Below are positions 57,487-64,000 of a DNA stretch of 64,000 bases, piece by piece (position 1 is the stretch's first letter; every line of letters starts with the position of its first letter). The translations under genes and the position numbers were made by a program. The stretch is from Eledone cirrhosa. Its lineage: Eukaryota. The notes under the pieces were generated by a model, which was given only the letters and a program-made list of their open reading frames with translations, had not been told where the DNA came from and did not search any database. Location of the stretch: positions 11,532,001 through 11,596,000 of the forward strand of contig OZ024748.1 in assembly GCA_964016885.1 (NCBI GenBank), given 5' to 3'.

Positions 57487-57610
57487 TGGTGAATTGGCAG
57501 TATCGGTAGAGGGTCGGACATGCTTTCCAGCATAGTTATGTCCCTTTACGATCTGAGTTCAAATCCGGCCGAGGTTAACTTTGCCTTTCATCCTTACGGG
57601 GTCGATAAAA
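57487..57610 (+). mobile_element. tRNA-derived SINE 5' part, ending in the central domain
   Basis: tggcagtatcgg, gagttcaaatcc, gcctttcatccttacggggtcgataaaat. Confidence 0.8.
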
Positions 57611-57611
57611 T

Positions 57612-57968
57612 CAGGGATAAAATCAGGGAAGTGCTCTCTTCCCAGCATTTTGTTGAAAGATGGGTGAGAGAAGCAAGTATGGCCCGAGTGAATGGGCCTA
57701 CTCTGAGTATGTGTCTGTAAATTAAAGGTGGAAAACTGGGAGAGGACACTTGCCCTGGTGGTCAGGGTCACTGTGGCCTTTTAATGGGCTTTCTCCACAA
57801 ATGTCCATCGGAAGTCTCCCCCCTATTGGGGAATTTTTCATTGTTATTTTTTATTACATCCTCTGTTTTTTTTTTTTACACGCAGAAATGCCCATTTGTA
57901 CCGTCCTGTATTGTCCTGCACTGTCCTTAATGTCTACTTTATGTAAACCCTTGTGGTTAATAAAGAAA

Positions 57969-57970
<2 letters not shown>
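57612..57970 (+). mobile_element. L1/Tx1-like LINE 3' end with an (ATT)n tail
   Basis: REVLSSQHFVERWVREASMARVNGPTLSMCL* is homologous to the 49944 frame. Ends gtggttaataaagaaa. Confidence 0.6.
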
Positions 57971-58009
<39 letters not shown>

Positions 58010-58154
58010 TTCCTCTCAGATTCCTTCCTTCTATAATTTATTTTGAAGCTGTCATTTGTTTTCTAAAAATATCTGCTCCTATTAAAAGACATGTTGCTAT
58101 TGTTGTGGTTGTTGCTGTTGTGATTGTTGCCGTTGTGGTTGTTGTTTTTGTTGC

Positions 58155-58214
<60 letters not shown>

Positions 58215-59019
58215 GGTTATTATTGTGGTTGTTGTTGTTGTTGATGTAATGTTGATGTGTATTGTTGCTGCGATCGTTGTTGTTGTCGTGGGTATGGTCA
58301 TAGATGTTGATGATGTTGTTGATTATGATAATGTTATTGATGATGATGTTGTTGTTAATGATGATGATGATGATCATCATCATCATCATCATAATGTTAC
58401 TGTTAATGATGATGATGCTGTCTGTAAATAACAAAGTATATAAAATAACGGAATTTAACAAAAAGAACCAAACACAGACAAGAATAAAGGAGAGAAATAT
58501 TGAAAGCTGTTCTCGTCTTGTGCTGTTGCAGAAAGAATTCATTAGAGGATTCTGCAAGGCAAACTAATTAATTTGAAATATCCAGCTTGGTAATCACGGA
58601 ATACTTAGGCTACTCATTTCAATGATAATACTAAGAAAACCAACCATTTCTTCCCACCCTACTGATCTTATCTGTTACCTATATATATTGATATATATTG
58701 TAAGAATGGAACACGCCCTCTCTCTATACACACATATATATATATATATATATATAGGATAAAAGAGAAAACACAGGTAAGCATTAAAAAAAGGATTTTA
58801 TCCAGGTATTTACGGCCGTTTCATTGGTAAGTGCAACCTTATATTGCTATACTACAAATAGCAGCCACTCAATAATAATTGTTGTACACGTGATTCTTAC
58901 AAACTTGTGGGGTTACCCCTAACCGTACGTTGAAACCGTCCATGAAACTGGCTGTCCTAACCACGAACTGGATTCAAATAAGCAATTTTCTGCTTCCCTA
59001 TATATATATATATATATAT

Positions 59020-59112
59020 TAATATAGAAGAGCTTCTACAGGACTAGAACTGTTTCATTCGTGAGAAATCAGCTTTCTGATGATTTCTCACGAATGAAAC
59101 AGTTCTAGTCCT
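59020..59112. mobile_element. Family B fold-back remnant: two overlapping hammerhead halves in opposite orientation
   Basis: 31-bp perfect inverted repeat at 59041-59071 and 59081-59111. Confidence 0.75.
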
Positions 59113-59173
59113 CTTATGCATATATATATATATATATATATGCATATGAGTATATATATATATATGCATAAGA

Positions 59174-59221
<48 letters not shown>

Positions 59222-59226
59222 TCTTA

Positions 59227-59273
<47 letters not shown>

Positions 59274-59616
59274 TTATGCATATATACATATATATGTATA
59301 TATATGCGTGTATATATATATATATATATATATGGGGAAGAGTAAATTCTGTTGTTACATAATAACAAAACCAGCGACTCAGCATATTAATTGAAGCTGG
59401 GAATACTATATGGTTTCGCTCTCCGGAGGACTCCAAACTTAGCTCTAAAGATATATTATTTAGAAATATCTAGAAATCGAAATACCTGAAGGACAACCTG
59501 GTAAGGAACAAATATGATAATCCTCCATGGAATGGTGCTTTTCATTAATGATGTGTTCAATGTTTGTATCAATCTGAAAACCAGCCACATTCTCCGCAAT
59601 ACAACTAATAGTAAAA

Positions 59617-59686
<70 letters not shown>

Positions 59687-59688
<2 letters not shown>

Positions 59689-59865
59689 CGAATGAAATGT
59701 GGTAAGGAACCAGGTGGACCATAACGCACCAAAGTACTCAATACTTAGGGTAGTAGAGTGGGTAATAGGAACAAGTAAGACCCCGACGGCTGAGCTCAAG
59801 CCGTTTCGACGTACAGAATTAGCCGTCGAAACGGCTTGAGCTCAGCCGTCGGGGTCTTACTTGTT

Positions 59866-59869
<4 letters not shown>
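59687..59869 (-). mobile_element. Family A fold-back element
   Basis: Long arm 59687-59810, inverted arm 59811-59869, (TA)n flanks. Confidence 0.8.
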
Positions 59870-59904
<35 letters not shown>

Positions 59905-59916
59905 TTAATATAGAAG

Positions 59917-59967
59917 AGATTCTACAGGACTAGAACTGTTTCATTCATTAGAAATCATCAGGAATCT
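59917..59967 (-). ncRNA. Type I hammerhead ribozyme (Family B)
   Basis: agattc-CTGATGA-tttc.taat.gaat-GAA-ACAG.ttctagtc.CTGT-A-gaatct: 6-bp stem I, 4-bp stem III, GUA site, and a U-U at the base of stem II. Confidence 0.8.
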
Positions 59968-60033
59968 GTTATACTCTGCTATGTATTGAGTACCTTACTT
60001 ACTGTGGTTACCTCCGATTCAACCCGGAATAAC

Positions 60034-60095
<62 letters not shown>

Positions 60096-60099
60096 CTAT

Positions 60100-60220
60100 A
60101 ACAAAGAAAGTGTGGTAAGAAATCAGGTGAACCATACCGTACTCGATACTTAGGGTAGTAGAGTGGGTAGTAGGAAAAGAGTAAGGACCCCGACGGCTGA
60201 GCTCCGGCCGTTTCGACAGC
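60100..60220 (-). mobile_element. Diverged Family A element truncated at the base of stem II
   Basis: ...ggaccccgacggctgagctccggccgtttcgacagc, then (TA)n. Confidence 0.7.
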
Positions 60221-60240
60221 TATATATATATATATATTCA

Positions 60241-60958
60241 AGTGGTTTGAAAGAATTAGTAGAGCATCGGATAAAAATGCTATTGCGCATTTGTTCTGAC
60301 TTTATTGTAAACCTTGCCTTTCATCCTTCTAGGGTTGATAAAAGAGACCTGCTTACCTCTAAATCTTACGGGGGTCAATAAATAAAGTACCAGCAACGCA
60401 CTGTAGTCGATCTAGTCGCCTTTCCCCTCCTCCTAAATTGTTGGCCTTGTATCTAAATCAGAAACCATTAAAGTATGGTTAGCTATCGATCAGCAATCTT
60501 AACTATTGATTACACATTGATCATTGATCTTAACATCCAAAGCTAGTATTCAATGACAATTCTTAGCAAATAATTATTTCTTTATTACATTATCATACAT
60601 CGTAGACAAACAGTTCGCTTTTCATTACTCTTTTCTGCGTCTTGAAATTTTGAAAAGCACAGCTGTTGTTGTCAGAATTTAAAGAAATATCACATACGAC
60701 AATCTTGAACAAGTTTTTCTAAATATATCTTTTAGTATTATTTTAAAATAATAGAATGACAGTACCGATGGAGCATCAGAAAACTTGAATTGCAACATAT
60801 TGTTACGGCCCTTTAAGTTCTGAGTTCAAATCCAGCCAAAGTTAGCTTTACATTTCATCCTTACGGGGTCAATAAAATAAAGTACCAGTAAGGGGTCGAT
60901 TTCATAGACTTATCACTCCCCCAAAATTGTTGGCCTTGTGCCTAAATCATAAACCATT
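60241..60958 (+). mobile_element. Two degenerate tRNA-derived SINE copies (60241-60469 and 60803-60958)
   Basis: Central domain and ggccttgtgcctaaa-like tail. Confidence 0.65.
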
Positions 60959-61404
60959 GTTTTTAAAGAGAATTTGAGTCGCTTTTTCTGTTTGCAGAAA
61001 CATTTGTTAAAACACATACATATATAAATACATTCGTCCAAAGATACTATATATACATTTCGTCCATTGGGATGTGTAAGAGTATCTATGACTATATTAT
61101 CTAAAGTTTCCTTCCCTCTTCTCTAATATAGATAGAGTTCGATAGACAAAATTCTAGACCTCGTTTGCTTACCAAATGGGGTGGAACTCGTGAAATCCAA
61201 CCAAGAAAACAATATTTCCATTGGTCTTTCCAATTGCTGGTACTATCAACCGGTCATAGAATGTAATTTGAGGTACATTTGGCTATCGTTTCTAGCAATT
61301 CTAGCGACCAAATAGACGCTGTCATTGTTACTAGTGTAAGTCAGTATTAAGAGAGAGGAATGATGCTAATACAATAACAACAACAACAGCAGCAAATAAT
61401 AATA

Positions 61405-61481
<77 letters not shown>

Positions 61482-61516
61482 CTAACATCAATGACTGAGA
61501 CTCAAAGAATAATGAT

Positions 61517-61807
61517 AATAATAATTGTTTCTACTTTTGGCACAAGGCCAGCAATTACTCCAGTACATTACTGGTACTTTATTTTATCGACCCCGTAAGG
61601 ATGAAAGGCAAAGTTAACCTCGGCGGGATTTGAACTCAGATCGTAAAGGGACGTAACTATGCTGGACAAGTATAGGCACAAGGCCAGTAATTTGGGGAAG
61701 GGGAACGTCGATTAAATCGACCCCAGTGCGTTACTAGTGCTTTATTTTATCGACGCTGTCATTGTTACTAGTGTAAGTCTTTATTAAGAGAGAGGAATGA
61801 TGGTGAT

Positions 61808-61846
<39 letters not shown>

Positions 61847-62098
61847 GCGACGACGACGACGGCGACAACAACAACAGCAAATAATAATAATAATAATAAT
61901 AATACTAATAATTGTGTCTACTTTAGGCACAAGGCCAGCAAATACCCAGTACATTACTGGTACTTTATTTTTTATCGACCCCGTAAGGATGAACGGCAAA
62001 GTTAACCTCGGCGGGATTTGAACTCAGATCGTAAAGGGACGTAACTATGCTGGAAAGCATGGCGTCCGACCCTCTACCGATACTGCCAATCCACCGCC
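61517..62098 (-). mobile_element. Three SINE copies within a local ~440-bp duplication
   Basis: SINEs at 61517-61665, 61670-61752 and 61905-62098. Flank gacgctgtcattgttactagtgtaagtc is repeated at 61315 and 61752. Confidence 0.85.
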
Positions 62099-62613
62099 AT
62101 TTATATAATACTAATAATACTAATAATGATGATACTAATGCTACAACTATTAACATATTTCTTTAGCTAAATTTATGATTCCCCTCTGGCTATTGTCCAA
62201 AACATTGGTTCTGAAATATTTGGTTGGTCAGGGTTGGTCTGGGTTGGTGGAGAGCGCGAACGGATGGAAAGGGTGGAGAAACAGGAGTAGGATTTCTCTT
62301 GTAAAAGCGACCATAACGATAACTTTATTGAATTTCAGTTAATCAATGGGAAATAAATAATTAAAACCTTCAGCTAACCAGAGCTCTTTAAATCTTATTA
62401 TGGCCGACTTTGACGAGACATGCGGGAGCAATAATTACACATCTGTCCTCCCTATACGTGGACATATGTATGTGTGCCTTTGTGCGTGTGTGTGTGTGTG
62501 TGTGTATGTGTGTGTGAGAGAGAATGTGTATGAGTATACAATCAGAATCTAGAGTTATAGTATATATATGCACGCCTGTGTGTATTTGTATGTGTGAATT
62601 CATGTTTATATAC

Positions 62614-62650
<37 letters not shown>

Positions 62651-62820
62651 GAGGCTATATTTAATTTGTTGGGATTTAACAAGCTTATAAATTGTTATAA
62701 CTGATATAAAGCACTCAACAGATTTGTGGTGTAAATACACAATATATTAATAAATGTAAACTATATTTATAAAATAAATATGGTTTTATAAATATAGTTT
62801 CCATTTATTAATATATTGTA

Positions 62821-62867
<47 letters not shown>

Positions 62868-62878
62868 ATATATTTATG

Positions 62879-63062
<184 letters not shown>

Positions 63063-63083
63063 TATGTATGTATATATATTTAA

Positions 63084-63147
<64 letters not shown>

Positions 63148-63172
63148 GTGTATATATATATATATATGTATG

Positions 63173-63229
<57 letters not shown>

Positions 63230-64000
63230 TCGCTGGAGATATAGGCTATTGGAAATGTTCCCTCGAGTATTTCCTCTTCGTTGTCATTTCAAATAACATC
63301 TTTCTTTCTTTGTTGTTTGTTTGTTATTCATCTGAGATTTACTTTATATTTTTACCAAAAATTGTATATTTGTTTTATGGTATTTCTATGACATCATTGG
63401 CAATATTTTTGACTTGTAGATTGAAGTAAAAGTATTTGTGTACTGAAGCTGTCTGGAAACAATCTGTCTCTTTCTATATCTATTAGCCTATAGAAAAATT
63501 GCTTATCATTTTTGGCCTACTGTGACCACTTGGGACAACATCTGTGGTCTCATATTCATGCAAGGAGGATAACTCTGTTACTAGATCTTAAGGAAGGAAA
63601 ATCGATCGACAAGATCCCAGACTTCATTCCCTTAACAAGCGAGGTGGAACTCGTCAAATAGGACCGAGGAAACAATGTTTCGATTGGTCTTTCCATTGCT
63701 GATGCTATCTATTAGTCGCAACTCCTGGCAGAAACAACAACGTGAAATAAAGTGTCTTGCTCAAGGACATAATACATCGCCCGGTCCAATTTTCTAGCCA
63801 CTTAAGCCACGCGCCTTAACACCTACGAAATCTTAAGGAACCTAACTTTCAGTTTTTACCTGGTTTCGGTAGAATCTTTCAGTGTTGGATCTAAATCTCT
63901 TACTAACTTCTAATTGTCAAGTCTTTTATACGTTCGTTCTGAACCATGTTACTATATTTATTGTATTGTTTCACCACACATCCACAACATACTACCTTGT

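Overview
Non-coding, repeat-saturated animal genomic DNA. The SINE sequences and microsatellite density resemble octopus/cephalopod DNA, but this is recalled and was not searched. No host protein-coding exon could be supported, and almost all ORF-track entries are translations of (TA)n, (CA)n, (TACA)n, (GA)n or triplet repeats. Recognisable elements: a frameshifted Neptune-type Penelope-like element (PLE) 3' fragment with a GIY-YIG endonuclease (41.4-42.8 kb, minus); an R4/Dong-like restriction-like-endonuclease LINE 3' fragment in (CATA)n (15.9-16.8 kb); four copies of a ~600-bp non-autonomous RTE-derived element; CR1- and L1/Tx1-like 3' ends; a non-autonomous Helitron; hAT and mariner remnants; and more than 20 tRNA-derived SINE copies. 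The main signal is a set of six or more unrelated short (100-370 bp) element families sitting in or beside (TA)n tracts. Each carries a type I hammerhead ribozyme, complete or cut in half. Many fold back into palindromes, often with junctions at ribozyme hairpins, and several share an ACTC..GAGTRC stem-loop in their 3' tails. Some (TA)n tracts also have their flanks duplicated in inverted orientation. All structures were folded and aligned by eye, so coordinates may be off by a few nt.
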